The notes: a model not told the origin generated them from the letters alone. A stretch of 62,514 bases of DNA, filler included, from Deltaproteobacteria bacterium (GCA_016283195.1; 3 parts of 3 records of this genome joined end to end with filler, not necessarily neighbours in it), one strand, 5' to 3'; shown: positions 27,744 to 38,073, counted from the whole stretch's first letter. Translations and numbers: made by a program.

Positions 27744-29441
27744 TTACCTAAGCTCTTCGACGAGGAATTCCACGCGGCGGTTTTTGCTGCGGCCTTCCGG
27801 AGTTTTATTGGAAGCAATGGGATTCTCTTCGCCCATACCGACGGCCACCAGGCGCTCGCGCCCTACCCCGCAGCTCACGAGATAAGCCATGACAGCTTCG
27901 GCCCGTTTTTGGCTCAAAACCAGGTTGCTGTAAGCGGAGCCGATATCATCGGTGTAGCCTTCGATGCGCACCAGAGCAATTTCCGGATGGGCCAAAATCT
28001 GGCGGGCCACCTGGTCGAGCACGGTCTTGGATTCCGGCTTGATAATGGCCAGGCCGGTCTCAAAGTGGATATTGGCAATGGTCTCGATTTGCTGTTTATC
28101 GCGGTAAACAGTGTCGGGAGTACCATCATCCGGGCAGCCGTCATCATCCTGATAACCGTTAATTGTCTCTTCTTCGTTGGGACATTTATCCTTGTCATCG
28201 GGCACGGAGTCGTTGTCGTTATCTTCTTCCGGGCAACCATCGCTATCTTCAAAGCCGTCGAAATCTTCGGCATCATCGGGGCAGAAGTCGATATTATCGG
28301 GAATACCGTCGCCGTCTCTATCCGGCCCCATATCGTCCGGGCAGCCGTCCTGGTCTTGATAATTGTTGTAATTTTCAGCTAATTCCGGGCAGTTATCCTC
28401 TTCATCGGGAATACCGTCCAAGTCGCCGTCATCCTCTGGGCAGCCATCTTCATCAAATATGCCGTCGAAATCTTCTTTTAAGAGCGGGCAGCGATCTTTG
28501 CTATCGGGGATGCCGTCGTTATCGGTATCTTTATCGGCTGCCAGGCGGGTTATACCGGTAACAATGCGGAAATCGGGGTTGCCGTAGCCATGGGTGAGCC
28601 CCACACCAAAACCGGCTTCAAAACGCAGGGATTTGGTCATTAAGTAGTCCATATTGCTCATAAGTTCCAAGGTGGTGCGCGAAGAGAGCGACTTTTCACC
28701 CACTACCACGGCTTCGCCCATTAGAGCCACAGCAATGCCCAGTTCGTGGCTGCCAATGGGAATGGGATAGCGCACGCCGGCATCAAAAGTAATGCTATCA
28801 TCCACAATAAGGGTGGCCACTTCGGCCTTTTTCATTACCCGGTAGCCAAAATCAAAATTAAGATCAAAGCGCCAAATAGGCCAAGTAACCGAAGCTACCG
28901 GCCAAAAAACCACGCTATTGGCTCCGGAAAAGGCCACCCGGCGTCCGGTGGGAAAAGCAAAATCTAGGCGCAAGGCAAATTCCAGGCCGTCATCATCCCA
29001 GGGGCGCCAGGAGGTGCGCAGCGCCAGGCGAATATCGCCCAGAGCCACATGGCCGAGATCTCCCAGGCCGGTATTGTCTGCCATTATTTGATAGAGCACC
29101 ACCGGCACAATGGCTTGAAGTTCCAGCCAAGGGAGCGGTGAGTAAGCAAAAGCCCCCTTCAGGCTAAAGCGCCCGCGCACCAGCGGCCACTGGCGACCAT
29201 CATCACTGCGCCACACCAGCGGGTTGTGCATATATTCCAGCCAAACGCCGTAGGCGATGGTATTGACATAGATAGAGGAAGCACCAGAAGCGCCAAAACT
29301 GCCGCGGCGGCTGAGATAAGGACGATAAAGGTCGATATCAACGCTGTCAAAAGAATAATCGGCAGCTTGCGCCGGAAAGGCAGAAGAAAGCAGTACGGCC
29401 AGTGATAAAAATAATGAGCTCCAAAAATAGCGTCCGTACAC
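27744..29441 (-). CDS. OmpA-family protein: N-terminal beta-barrel, TSP3 (Ca-binding) repeats, OmpA_C peptidoglycan-binding domain
   Basis: Signal peptide ending AQA; repeated DxDxDGIPDxxDxCP/EDxDGxxDxDGCP; IEGYTD, LSQKRAEAV and NRRVEF motifs. Confidence 0.9.
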   Translation of the reverse strand: MYGRYFWSSLFLSLAVLLSSAFPAQAADYSFDSVDIDLYRPYLSRRGSFGASGASSIYVNTIAYGVWLEYMHNPLVWRSDDGRQWPLVRGRFSLKGAFAYSPLPWLELQAIVPVVLYQIMADNTGLGDLGHVALGDIRLALRTSWRPWDDDGLEFALRLDFAFPTGRRVAFSGANSVVFWPVASVTWPIWRFDLNFDFGYRVMKKAEVATLIVDDSITFDAGVRYPIPIGSHELGIAVALMGEAVVVGEKSLSSRTTLELMSNMDYLMTKSLRFEAGFGVGLTHGYGNPDFRIVTGITRLAADKDTDNDGIPDSKDRCPLLKEDFDGIFDEDGCPEDDGDLDGIPDEEDNCPELAENYNNYQDQDGCPDDMGPDRDGDGIPDNIDFCPDDAEDFDGFEDSDGCPEEDNDNDSVPDDKDKCPNEEETINGYQDDDGCPDDGTPDTVYRDKQQIETIANIHFETGLAIIKPESKTVLDQVARQILAHPEIALVRIEGYTDDIGSAYSNLVLSQKRAEAVMAYLVSCGVGRERLVAVGMGEENPIASNKTPEGRSKNRRVEFLVEELR

Positions 29442-29634
29442 CTCTTTCCTCCAACATTCCGCAGGCTGCCACGGCGGCGCCATTCTAGCTTTAATGGAGA
29501 CAAAATGCTATACTATAAAGCAATATTTCTCTATTCCTGGCCCAGAATGTTCCGGAGTGTACGCGTTGACATAATTCGGCAGGCAAGTTAAATTTATCAC
29601 TAAACCGCCAAAGCGCGGTTACGGAGGATTTTTC

Positions 29635-31287
29635 ATGAAAAAATACGCCTTACTAGCCAATATATTGGCCATTTTTCTTATAAGTTGCACCACCCCGGAT
29701 AAGAATTTGCCGCAAAAGGGCAATTCGACAACAAAGAGCGATAGCAACAATACTAAAAATTCTTGTAACAACGGCCAATTAAATTACGGCGAGGAGTGCG
29801 ATGGCGAACATTTTGGCACAGCCAAATGCACCACTTTGGGCAAAGGTTACACCGGCGGTAATTTAAAATGCACCGCAAATTGTAAAATCGACGATTCGGA
29901 ATGTACAGCGGCCATTCCGCAAAACTGCGGCGACGGGAAAGTCGGCAAAGGCGAAGATTGCGACGGAGAAAATTTAAACGGCAAGAGCTGCACCAGTTTT
30001 CCCGGCTATAAGGGCGGCGTACTTGGCTGCTTTGCCACCTGTCGCTTTGACAAAAACAATTGCATTCCAGTGGATTCCACCACCGATGCTGGTAGCGATA
30101 CCCCTTCTCCTTGTGTCGGGCCGGAAACTTATGCCGTTAATGATGTTCCCGATGGCCAGCCCTGCCGCTTCGACAGTGATTGTGCCGGTGCTTCAAGCAG
30201 CTGCCTTGAATACGGCTTCATGATGCAAATTTGCGCCGGCACCGAAATCTCAGCGGAAGCAGCTTTTGACGCTTACATTGCCTCAGAATATGTTGTGCCC
30301 AATTATCATCCCTGCCTGGATGATCGCGATTGTGCGCAAAAAGGGAGCTATTGCGCTTACGGCATAGATATTGATCTTTGTCTGCCAACTTGCTCAATTG
30401 AAAATTCGCTAAACAATGAAGGCATGTATGCCTGCAACTATGCGCACTATGGCCATTCGCAGGTTGATTACGGCTGTATGCTTGCCGGTAACAGTGCCAA
30501 AAAGTTGGGGGACACTTGCCAAATAACCGAATATGACTGTCCGCCGGAGGCCCTCTGCCTGAATAATGTTTGCGCTACTGCTTGCCTGAAAAACGCCGAC
30601 TGCGGCAATGGCTTTTCTTGTTTGCCGCTGGTTAGCACCGGGAGCGGCTACTGTTTTAACAACATCCTTTTGAACAAAACGCCCCTTGGTAGCGGCTGCT
30701 TTTCCAGCGCTCTTTGTCAAAGCGGCCTTTACTGCGCCGATGATACATTTGTTTGCAGCAAGAATCCGGCCAATGTCACTTCGCACTACTCGGTAAGTGA
30801 TTTGGCCGACGGCAAGCCCTGCAACCAAAATTTTGATTGCCGCTCTGCCATCTGCTCCAGCTACTATTGGGATGATGAAGATAACGAAGGCGATATTTTT
30901 GATTATATTTGTGGGGCTTATAACGAGGATGCGTATGATACCTACCTTAGCTCCGGTGCCGTTAGCAAGCTCTACACTCCCTGCAATTACCAGGAAGATT
31001 GCATGACCGATGAAATCGAATCCGTGGCCTGCTGGTGGTCGGATGACTCTTTTGGCATCAGTTTATGCGTACCAACTTGCACCGCAAGCAACAAAACCTG
31101 CCCAGACGGCTATAGCTGCGCCGCCTTTAGCTCTGCTGATACAGGCTATGTTTGTGCTCCCAATCAGGGCTCCGGCATTGCCGATGAGGATTGCCGCATC
31201 AGCTACTGGGACTGCGCTATAGGTTTTTCCTGTAACTCTCTAAGCCTTACCTGCCAGCCCGATAAAGAAGATATTACCACTCCTTAA
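29635..31287 (+). CDS. Cys-rich lipoprotein
   Basis: GGAGG RBS; lipobox LIS-C; CGDGKV..GEDCDG repeats and an internally duplicated module. Confidence 0.8.
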   Translation: MKKYALLANILAIFLISCTTPDKNLPQKGNSTTKSDSNNTKNSCNNGQLNYGEECDGEHFGTAKCTTLGKGYTGGNLKCTANCKIDDSECTAAIPQNCGDGKVGKGEDCDGENLNGKSCTSFPGYKGGVLGCFATCRFDKNNCIPVDSTTDAGSDTPSPCVGPETYAVNDVPDGQPCRFDSDCAGASSSCLEYGFMMQICAGTEISAEAAFDAYIASEYVVPNYHPCLDDRDCAQKGSYCAYGIDIDLCLPTCSIENSLNNEGMYACNYAHYGHSQVDYGCMLAGNSAKKLGDTCQITEYDCPPEALCLNNVCATACLKNADCGNGFSCLPLVSTGSGYCFNNILLNKTPLGSGCFSSALCQSGLYCADDTFVCSKNPANVTSHYSVSDLADGKPCNQNFDCRSAICSSYYWDDEDNEGDIFDYICGAYNEDAYDTYLSSGAVSKLYTPCNYQEDCMTDEIESVACWWSDDSFGISLCVPTCTASNKTCPDGYSCAAFSSADTGYVCAPNQGSGIADEDCRISYWDCAIGFSCNSLSLTCQPDKEDITTP

Positions 31288-32069
31288 GACTCAAAATAGG
31301 CCGGCCGGCCGATAAGCTCATCCAAAGGAACTATTTGATAGCCGGCAGCCGTAAGCTCGGTAAAGAGCTGCTTAAGCGCCGTTAAAAGCACCTTGGTATC
31401 GCGCTCAGAATCATGCAAAATTATGATATCGCCGTTTTTTAGATTAGCCATAATGCGGCCGGCCAGATGAGCACCATCTTTTTCGGCGCGGTCATAGCGT
31501 CCATTGGAAAAGCCAATACAGAAAAGGTCGAGCTTTTTGAGCACCCTGAAAAGTATGTTATTGGCAAGCCCCACCGGCGGGCGAAAAAAGCGGCATTTTT
31601 TGCCGCAAGCAGCATAAATAGCGGCATTTGCTGCACTTATTTCTGCCGTAAGGCGGCGCTCGCTCATGAGATTTGTCCACCAAAGGTGGTGCATGGTGTG
31701 ATTGCCGACTATATGCCCAGCAGCAACCATTTGCTCTAAAATTTGCGGATATTTTGCCGCCCGCTCCCCGGTCACAAAAAAGGCGGCGCGGCATTTTTGC
31801 TCGCCTAAAAACTCCAGTAACTGCCCGGTGCAAGCGGCATCCGGCCCGTCGTCAAAAGTGAGCGCCACTTTTTTGCCCATTGCGCGCTGATGGCAAAAAG
31901 CGAGGCCAAAAAAATTCCAGGCCAGGCGGGTAACCCCAAAATAAAGAATAATATTTAACAAAATAAAGATGGCACCCAAAGCTACCCAAAATTTAAAGCC
32001 GCTAAAGAGAAAAAATGAGCTAAGAGCGAGCAAAAATGCGGCTAATATGCTGATATGAAACGGGCGCAC
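31284..32069 (-). CDS. Membrane-anchored polysaccharide deacetylase (CE4/NodB)
   Basis: VALTFDDGP, GNHTMHH, FFRPP and IIILHD motifs; N-terminal hydrophobic helices; GTG start inferred. Confidence 0.88.
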   Translation of the reverse strand: MRPFHISILAAFLLALSSFFLFSGFKFWVALGAIFILLNIILYFGVTRLAWNFFGLAFCHQRAMGKKVALTFDDGPDAACTGQLLEFLGEQKCRAAFFVTGERAAKYPQILEQMVAAGHIVGNHTMHHLWWTNLMSERRLTAEISAANAAIYAACGKKCRFFRPPVGLANNILFRVLKKLDLFCIGFSNGRYDRAEKDGAHLAGRIMANLKNGDIIILHDSERDTKVLLTALKQLFTELTAAGYQIVPLDELIGRPAYFES

Positions 32070-32073
32070 CGCT

Positions 32074-32979
32074 TCACTCTCCCCAAAAAGAGAAAAAATT
32101 AAACCACTGATAAGGATAGCGGCGCATCCATGCTTCCAAAGTGGCGGCATATTCGCCAACCCAACGGGCCAAATCGGCCTGCCGCGCCGCCCGGCTGGTA
32201 AATTTAAAGTGGAGCGGGCTGCTGGCCCAAGTGCGATATTGCCAAAGTCCTTCCCGCGCTGAGAGCGTATAAACCAGTGGCGCGCCAGTGGTAGCGGCAA
32301 TAATAAAGGGCCCAGGCGGAAAAGCCGCCTCCTGCCCCAAAAATGGCACTTTTATTCCCTGCCCGGCCAGAGAGCGATCACCATGAATAGCCACAATTTC
32401 TCCGCGCGTAAGGGCGGCATTAATGGCCAGACTATCCTGTGGCCCGCCGGTAATGGCAATAATATTAAATTTGCCCTTTTGCGCCGCATCGCTCATTTTT
32501 TGGATATTCTCAGCTTCATTGCGAAACATCACCACATTGACAACCGGCATTTTACCGCCCAAAAGGCGGGCCATAGATTCCCAGGCGCCAACATGAGCCG
32601 AAAGCATAACAAGACCGCGTCCATCAGCCAAGGCAGCGGAAATATTGTCCAGCCCTTCTTGAGTGAGCTTTAATTTTTGCGGCTTTAAGCTAATGGCAAA
32701 GCGGTCTAAAAGCACTTGGCCAAAAGTAAAGAAATGGCGAAAAGAGTGCCGAAGGCCAAAATGGCTATCTATTTTGCGCAAATACTCCAGAGAGGCCCGG
32801 CGAGCTTTTCCCATCACCAGGACAAAGTAAGCCGCTATGGGGTAGAGGAGCAGATAAGCTGCTCTAATGCCAAAAATCGATACTACTTTGAGCAAAAACC
32901 AATTACCAAAATATCCGCCCCGGCTTTTGCCGCTCCAAGCACGCTTGCTCGGCACTATGGGCTCATCTCGGTTCGTCAT
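32074..32979 (-). CDS. LpxL/LpxP-like lysophospholipid acyltransferase
   Basis: LSAHVGAWE, AIHGDR, VPFLG and YPYQWFNFF motifs; N-terminal WSGKSRG. Confidence 0.85.
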   Translation of the reverse strand: MTNRDEPIVPSKRAWSGKSRGGYFGNWFLLKVVSIFGIRAAYLLLYPIAAYFVLVMGKARRASLEYLRKIDSHFGLRHSFRHFFTFGQVLLDRFAISLKPQKLKLTQEGLDNISAALADGRGLVMLSAHVGAWESMARLLGGKMPVVNVVMFRNEAENIQKMSDAAQKGKFNIIAITGGPQDSLAINAALTRGEIVAIHGDRSLAGQGIKVPFLGQEAAFPPGPFIIAATTGAPLVYTLSAREGLWQYRTWASSPLHFKFTSRAARQADLARWVGEYAATLEAWMRRYPYQWFNFFSFWGE

Positions 32980-32982
32980 TGT

Positions 32983-33228
32983 TTATTTATTTTGAGCACT
33001 TACGATAAAATCATAAACTTGTTGCAGGTTGGTCATAGCTCGGGCCTCTTCTTCGGCAATTTTGCAACCAAAGCGCTTTTCCAAAGCCACCATGAGGTCA
33101 AGAGCATCAAGGCTATCTATATCCAAATCATCGCGCAGCACGGCAGAGCCCTGTAATTTGTTCTCATCTAAATCAAAATCATCCACCAAAATTTCATTAA
33201 CCGCCGAAATAACTTCTTCTTTGGTCAT
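32983..33228 (-). CDS. Acyl carrier protein
   Basis: DLDIDSLD phosphopantetheine site; acidic, 81 aa; GGAGG RBS. Confidence 0.9.
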   Translation of the reverse strand: MTKEEVISAVNEILVDDFDLDENKLQGSAVLRDDLDIDSLDALDLMVALEKRFGCKIAEEEARAMTNLQQVYDFIVSAQNK

Positions 33229-33246
33229 AATATTATCCTCCAAAAT

Positions 33247-33837
33247 TTAAGCGGGCTTTTTTTCTGCCTTTTCTTCTTTGCTGAAAAAGAAGCCATCAAT
33301 AAGAATTACTGCAATACCGACAGTCACCGCAATGTCGGCCACATTGTAAATCGGCCAGGGATGAAATGGCCAAAAGCCAAAATCATTACTAATAAAATCA
33401 ATAACATAAGTAAGCCGGAAGCGATCAATCCAATTGCCGACGGCCCCGCCTATAATCGAGGCCAGGCAGATACGCCAAATGAGCTTATCCGGGTCGCTTT
33501 TGAGGTACATAAAAATCATAAGGCCAATGGCTAAAATAACAATTGTCAGCAAAAGCGGGCGCCGCACGGAATCGCTAAGGCGGGTAAATATGCCAAAAGC
33601 CGCCCCATTATTTTCCACATAATGAAAAGAAAGGGCCGGCCCGAGCAAAACTTTCGGTGGACGAGCAGCGGGATGCGGACAGCTCCAAAAGCGTTCAAAA
33701 CTGCCGGTGCACTGACTATCACCGTAAGGAGCACTAGTGAGATTGGCTACTACGGCATATTTTGTTACCTGGTCAAAAATCAGCCAAAAAAGAGCCACCA
33801 GCACCAAGAGTACATATTTATTTTTAAAAAGGGACAT
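33247..33837 (-). CDS. lspA: Lipoprotein signal peptidase II
   Basis: DQVTK, NNGAAFG, GAVGNWIDR, VIDFI and YNVAD motifs. Confidence 0.95.
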   Translation of the reverse strand: MSLFKNKYVLLVLVALFWLIFDQVTKYAVVANLTSAPYGDSQCTGSFERFWSCPHPAARPPKVLLGPALSFHYVENNGAAFGIFTRLSDSVRRPLLLTIVILAIGLMIFMYLKSDPDKLIWRICLASIIGGAVGNWIDRFRLTYVIDFISNDFGFWPFHPWPIYNVADIAVTVGIAVILIDGFFFSKEEKAEKKPA

Positions 33838-33875
33838 GATTTACCTCATCCAAGCAGGCGCTCAAAACAAGCTCC

Positions 33876-33975
33876 NNNNNNNNNNNNNNNNNNNNNNNNN
33901 NNNNNNNNNNNNNNNNNNNTTAATTAATTAANNNNNNNNNNNNNNNNNNNNNNNNNNNNNNNNNNNNNNNNNNNN
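33876..33975. other. Artificial contig spacer
   Basis: Same N44-TTAATTAATTAA-N44 structure as at 10709. Confidence 0.97.
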
Positions 33976-34662
33976 CAGGCGAGCGACTTTTATATTGTGG
34001 AGCGCGAGGCGCCGGAGGCGGCACAGCAGGCTTTACTGGAGCTTATTTGCAAGCGCATACCGGCCAAGTTTGGCTTTGACCCGCTGGAAGATGTGCAGCT
34101 ACTTACTCTGATGCGCCGGGGGCTCTTGGGGGTTACCGCTCTCAATGAGCTCTTGCAAAAGAGCTTAAATAAAAACGCCAAAGGGCACGGCTATGCCATT
34201 GGCGATAAGGTGATGCAGCTCAAAAACAATTACGAAAAAGATGTGTTTAACGGCGATATCGGGCGCATTGTGCGCATAAAAGGCGGCGAAAAGGCGGCGC
34301 TTGATGTGGATTTTGACGGCCATATAGTGAATTATCCGGCCGATAATCTTGATGAACTTACCCTGGCTTATGCCACAACCATCCATAAATCACAGGGTAG
34401 CGAATATCCGGCGGTGGTGATTGTTTTACACAGCCAGCACACCATAATGCTGCAGCGCAATTTGCTTTATACGGCAGTAACAAGAGGTAAAAAACTGGTG
34501 ATGATTGTCGGCACCAAAAGAGCCATCAGCCAGGCCATAAGAACCGATAGAGCGCCGCTCAGGCAGACCAAATTTGCCGGCAGGCTTGCGCATTCTCCTG
34601 CTTTCGCCACGCATCGTCCAGATGGGGCTAGAACAGGGCTAGATGGTGAGCGCCAGCGCTAG
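33976..34662 (+). CDS. recD2: RecD2-like SF1 helicase, C-terminal part (5'-partial)
   Basis: GDKVMQLKNNY, VFNGDIG, LAYATTIHKSQGSEY and RNLLYTAVTRGK motifs. Confidence 0.9.
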   Translation, partial: QASDFYIVEREAPEAAQQALLELICKRIPAKFGFDPLEDVQLLTLMRRGLLGVTALNELLQKSLNKNAKGHGYAIGDKVMQLKNNYEKDVFNGDIGRIVRIKGGEKAALDVDFDGHIVNYPADNLDELTLAYATTIHKSQGSEYPAVVIVLHSQHTIMLQRNLLYTAVTRGKKLVMIVGTKRAISQAIRTDRAPLRQTKFAGRLAHSPAFATHRPDGARTGLDGERQR

Positions 34663-35001
34663 TTAGGCATCGCTTTTGGCATCAGAGGCGCCATCAGACG
34701 AGCTATCGGAGTAGTTGTTCCCATGCCTGTCAGGACATTCTTCTTTTTCCGGAACATATGTAATAGTCTTTTCAGCCCAGTCACTGTAGCACCTTTTATA
34801 GCCTGGATATTCACAGTAGCCGCCTTTTTCGCCGGCGCTGTCTTTACCATCTTGTAGCTCGCATTTTCCATCAGGGAATTGGCGGCAATGATGGTCGTTT
34901 TGGCAACTATAGTAAAAGGGAGCCGGCCCGTAACAGGCAGATAAAAAGGCAATGGGCGTACCAAGAACCAGCGAAGCAATTTTTCCTTTTAAGTATTTCA
35001 T
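34663..35001 (-). CDS. Small Cys-rich lipoprotein
   Basis: GAGGAG RBS; lipobox LSA-CYGP; six further Cys; S/D-rich tail. Confidence 0.65.
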   Translation of the reverse strand: MKYLKGKIASLVLGTPIAFLSACYGPAPFYYSCQNDHHCRQFPDGKCELQDGKDSAGEKGGYCEYPGYKRCYSDWAEKTITYVPEKEECPDRHGNNYSDSSSDGASDAKSDA

Positions 35002-35116
35002 GGCTTTCTCCTCTATACTTTAACCAGGCCACGATGACCCGAATATTTCAATACTATTTTGAAATCCTAGTTCTTGTCAATTAGGCGGGCGGCAAATGTG
35101 CTGAAAATCTTGAATA

Positions 35117-36391
35117 CTAAGAAATAGCCACTGCGAGAGTGGCATCAGCATCGCGGGAAAGCCCAGCAAAATCACTGGCTTTTAGAGTAAAGGTAATCAT
35201 CTCTGAGGGCTGAATGCGCCGCTCTTTTATTGTTTTTATCACCTGATTGTTCCAAGTGACAGTAACCAGGCCGTCTCTCTTTTGCACCATTGAGCGCAGA
35301 GAAAAAACAGTATCGCGATCCGGCGAAAAGCTAAAGGGCAGCACATAGCGGCAGTTAGCGCCGCTTTTCACCCGATATTGGGGAGCTTGGTTCTCGGTGT
35401 CGGCCATTATATAGCGGGCGGCCGCTTCCCCGGCTCTTATGGCCTCACTGGTGGCGTGATCAACCAAATCGTGGACATGGAGCACATTGCCGCAAGCAAA
35501 GATGCCGGGGACGGAGGTCATCAGGTTACCATCGACCAGCGGGCCGTTTGTCTCCGGAGTGATGGTGATGCCCGCCGCCTTGGAGAGCTCGTTCTCCGGC
35601 ACCAGGCCGACGGAAAGCAGCAAGGTGTCGCAATCGAGGTGAAATTTTTTATCAGAGCGAGGTACGCCGTTTTCCAACGGAGCCACATCAACGCCGGTGA
35701 TGCGCTTTTCGCCATATATCTTGTCGATAACATGGCTTAAATAAAGAGGAATATTAAATTCGTTCAGGCATTGCACAATGTTGCGGGTGAGGCCGGAGGG
35801 GTAGGGCATTATTTCAATAACGGCCTTTACCTGGCAGCCTACCAGCGAGAGGCGGCGGGCCATAATGAGGCCGATATCGCCGCTGCCCACAATAACCACT
35901 TCGTGGCCGGGAATGTGGCCTTCAATATTTACCAGGCGCTGGGCCAGGCCGGCAGTAAAGATGCCTGCCGGGCGTGAGCCGGGGATATTGACATTGCCCC
36001 GGTTGCGTTCACGGCAGCCCATAGCTAAAATCACCGCTTTGGCGCGGCAGGTAAAAACGCCATCTATGGGAGAATAGCAGATGACTTCATGGCGCGGGGT
36101 GGGTGCGCTACCCGGCTCGATATTCATCACGGTTGTTTGTGAAAAAGTGTGAATATTAGGCGTGCTATGTAATTTATCAATAAAGCGCTGGGCATACTCC
36201 GGGCCGGTCAGCTCCTCTTTGAAATAGTGCAGGCCAAAGCCGTTGTGAATGCACTGATCCAAAACGCCGCCCAGGTGGTCTTCGCGGTCGATAAGGGCAA
36301 CATTATGTTTATATTCGGCAATTTTAAGGGCAGCAGCCATGCCGGCCGCGCCGCCGCCAATAACAACAGCGTCAAAGTCTTGGTATTTCAT
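35117..36391 (-). CDS. FAD/NAD(P)-dependent oxidoreductase (pyridine nucleotide-disulfide family)
   Basis: GGGAAG, QCIHNGFG, MGCRER, GSGDIG and GNVLHVHDLVD motifs. Confidence 0.88.
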   Translation of the reverse strand: MKYQDFDAVVIGGGAAGMAAALKIAEYKHNVALIDREDHLGGVLDQCIHNGFGLHYFKEELTGPEYAQRFIDKLHSTPNIHTFSQTTVMNIEPGSAPTPRHEVICYSPIDGVFTCRAKAVILAMGCRERNRGNVNIPGSRPAGIFTAGLAQRLVNIEGHIPGHEVVIVGSGDIGLIMARRLSLVGCQVKAVIEIMPYPSGLTRNIVQCLNEFNIPLYLSHVIDKIYGEKRITGVDVAPLENGVPRSDKKFHLDCDTLLLSVGLVPENELSKAAGITITPETNGPLVDGNLMTSVPGIFACGNVLHVHDLVDHATSEAIRAGEAAARYIMADTENQAPQYRVKSGANCRYVLPFSFSPDRDTVFSLRSMVQKRDGLVTVTWNNQVIKTIKERRIQPSEMITFTLKASDFAGLSRDADATLAVAIS

Positions 36392-37821
36392 AATTCACCC
36401 TTTATCAGTTCGCTACCCGGCCCTTTTTTAGTGACTTCTTCCGGTGAGAGGCCGGTTTCGCGGCAGATAATGTCGATAATGCGCGAGGTGCAAAAGCCGC
36501 CCTGGCAACGCCCCATTTGGGCCCGGGTGTAAAATTTGATGCCGTCCAGCGTGCTGTGGCCGTGGTGGATAGCTTCTACTATCTCAGCTTCGCTCACCTT
36601 TTCGCAGCGACAGACAATGCGCCCATAGGCCGGATCTTTTTCCACAAGAGCCGCTGCTTCTTCGGCGCTCAGCTGGCGGATGCGCTTATGCTTTGGCAAA
36701 TACGGATCGTAATCCGGGCGCTCCACCAGAGTGAGGCCGGCCTCTTTTAAGAGGTCTTTGACATATTCACCAATAGCCGGCGAAGCGGTGAGCCCCGGCG
36801 ACTGAATACCGGCTACCTGTATGAAATTTTTGGCTTTTTCAGATATTTTGATGAAAAAGTCGCTATTGCCAACCATTACCGGCCTGAGGCCGGAAAAGGC
36901 CGTGATAATATCGCGCTCGCTCACCGTCGGCACCATAGAGGCGGCCGATTCCAATACCGCTTTGAGTTCGGCGCGGCTGGTGGAGAGGTCGCTTTTATCT
37001 TCCTGCTCGATGGCATCTGGCCCCAAAAGCACGGTGCCCTCGCAGGTGGGGATAACCAGCATACCTTTGGAAACAGCAGTAGGCACGGGGAAGATAACTC
37101 GCTTGGGTGCCGCTTTGGAGAGGCGATCCAGGAGGTAATACTGCCCCTTTCTGGGAATTATTTTGAATTCCTCGGCTTTAAAAATAGCTGAAATTTCATC
37201 AGCATAGAGGCCGGCGGCATTGATGACATACTCCGCCGTGACTGTGCGCCCGTCCGCAGCGTGGATTTTGTAGCCGCCTTCGGCCAGCGGCTCTGCAGCG
37301 CATACTTTGAAATTTGTCTTTAATACTGCGTGGTTGTGCACAGCAGACTCAATAAGAGCAAAAACTAAGCGGTAAGGTTCCACAATGCCGCCGCCGGGTG
37401 CGTAAAGGCCGCCGATTACATCATGGGTGAGCTTGGGCTCCAGCTCCAGCATGCGCTCACGTGAGCACATTTCCAGGCCGATAGCGTCGTTTTCGAGCCC
37501 TTGCTGATAGAGATGCTCCACCTGCTGTAGTTGCTCTTCTGAGGTGGCAGCCACCAAAATACCGCAGCGCTGGAAGGGAATATCCAGCTCGCGGCGCAGC
37601 TGGTCAAACATCAGGTTGCCTTTGCTCTCCAGCCGCGCCTTTAAGTATTTAGGCGAATGGTGAAAGCCGCCGTGAATAATGCCGGAATTGGCTTTGGAAG
37701 TGCCAAAGGCCACATCGGCCTCTTTTTCCAAAATGACAGTATCCACCTTGTAGCGGCTGATGGTGCGGGCAATCGAGGCCCCGCTGACTCCGCTGCCGAT
37801 AATGGCCACCGTAAAATCCAT
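36388..37821 (-). CDS. FAD-dependent oxidoreductase with C-terminal BFD-like [2Fe-2S] domain (GlpA/LhgO-like)
   Basis: GSGVSG, TSKANSGIIH, GIQSPGLT, VCRCE and MGRCQGGFC motifs. Confidence 0.88.
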   Translation of the reverse strand: MDFTVAIIGSGVSGASIARTISRYKVDTVILEKEADVAFGTSKANSGIIHGGFHHSPKYLKARLESKGNLMFDQLRRELDIPFQRCGILVAATSEEQLQQVEHLYQQGLENDAIGLEMCSRERMLELEPKLTHDVIGGLYAPGGGIVEPYRLVFALIESAVHNHAVLKTNFKVCAAEPLAEGGYKIHAADGRTVTAEYVINAAGLYADEISAIFKAEEFKIIPRKGQYYLLDRLSKAAPKRVIFPVPTAVSKGMLVIPTCEGTVLLGPDAIEQEDKSDLSTSRAELKAVLESAASMVPTVSERDIITAFSGLRPVMVGNSDFFIKISEKAKNFIQVAGIQSPGLTASPAIGEYVKDLLKEAGLTLVERPDYDPYLPKHKRIRQLSAEEAAALVEKDPAYGRIVCRCEKVSEAEIVEAIHHGHSTLDGIKFYTRAQMGRCQGGFCTSRIIDIICRETGLSPEEVTKKGPGSELIKGEL

Positions 37822-38073
37822 CAAAAACCTCCCTCGTCCATTGCCAAAAGGCGGAGTGAGTATAGAACAGCGGCTATGGGCACTCAAGAGCTAATTGAGG
37901 GGAAGAAGTACTAATTGGTTTAAAGTGTCGTACTATTTAAGGCTGTTTGTTAGAAAATCAAAATTTTTCTTGACTTTCGGTATAAATGTTTTGCAAAATT
38001 TAATGGTATTTCTTCAAATGAAGTATATAAGGGACTGTGTTGGATATTTCAAAAAAATGGCTGGGAAAATAAT

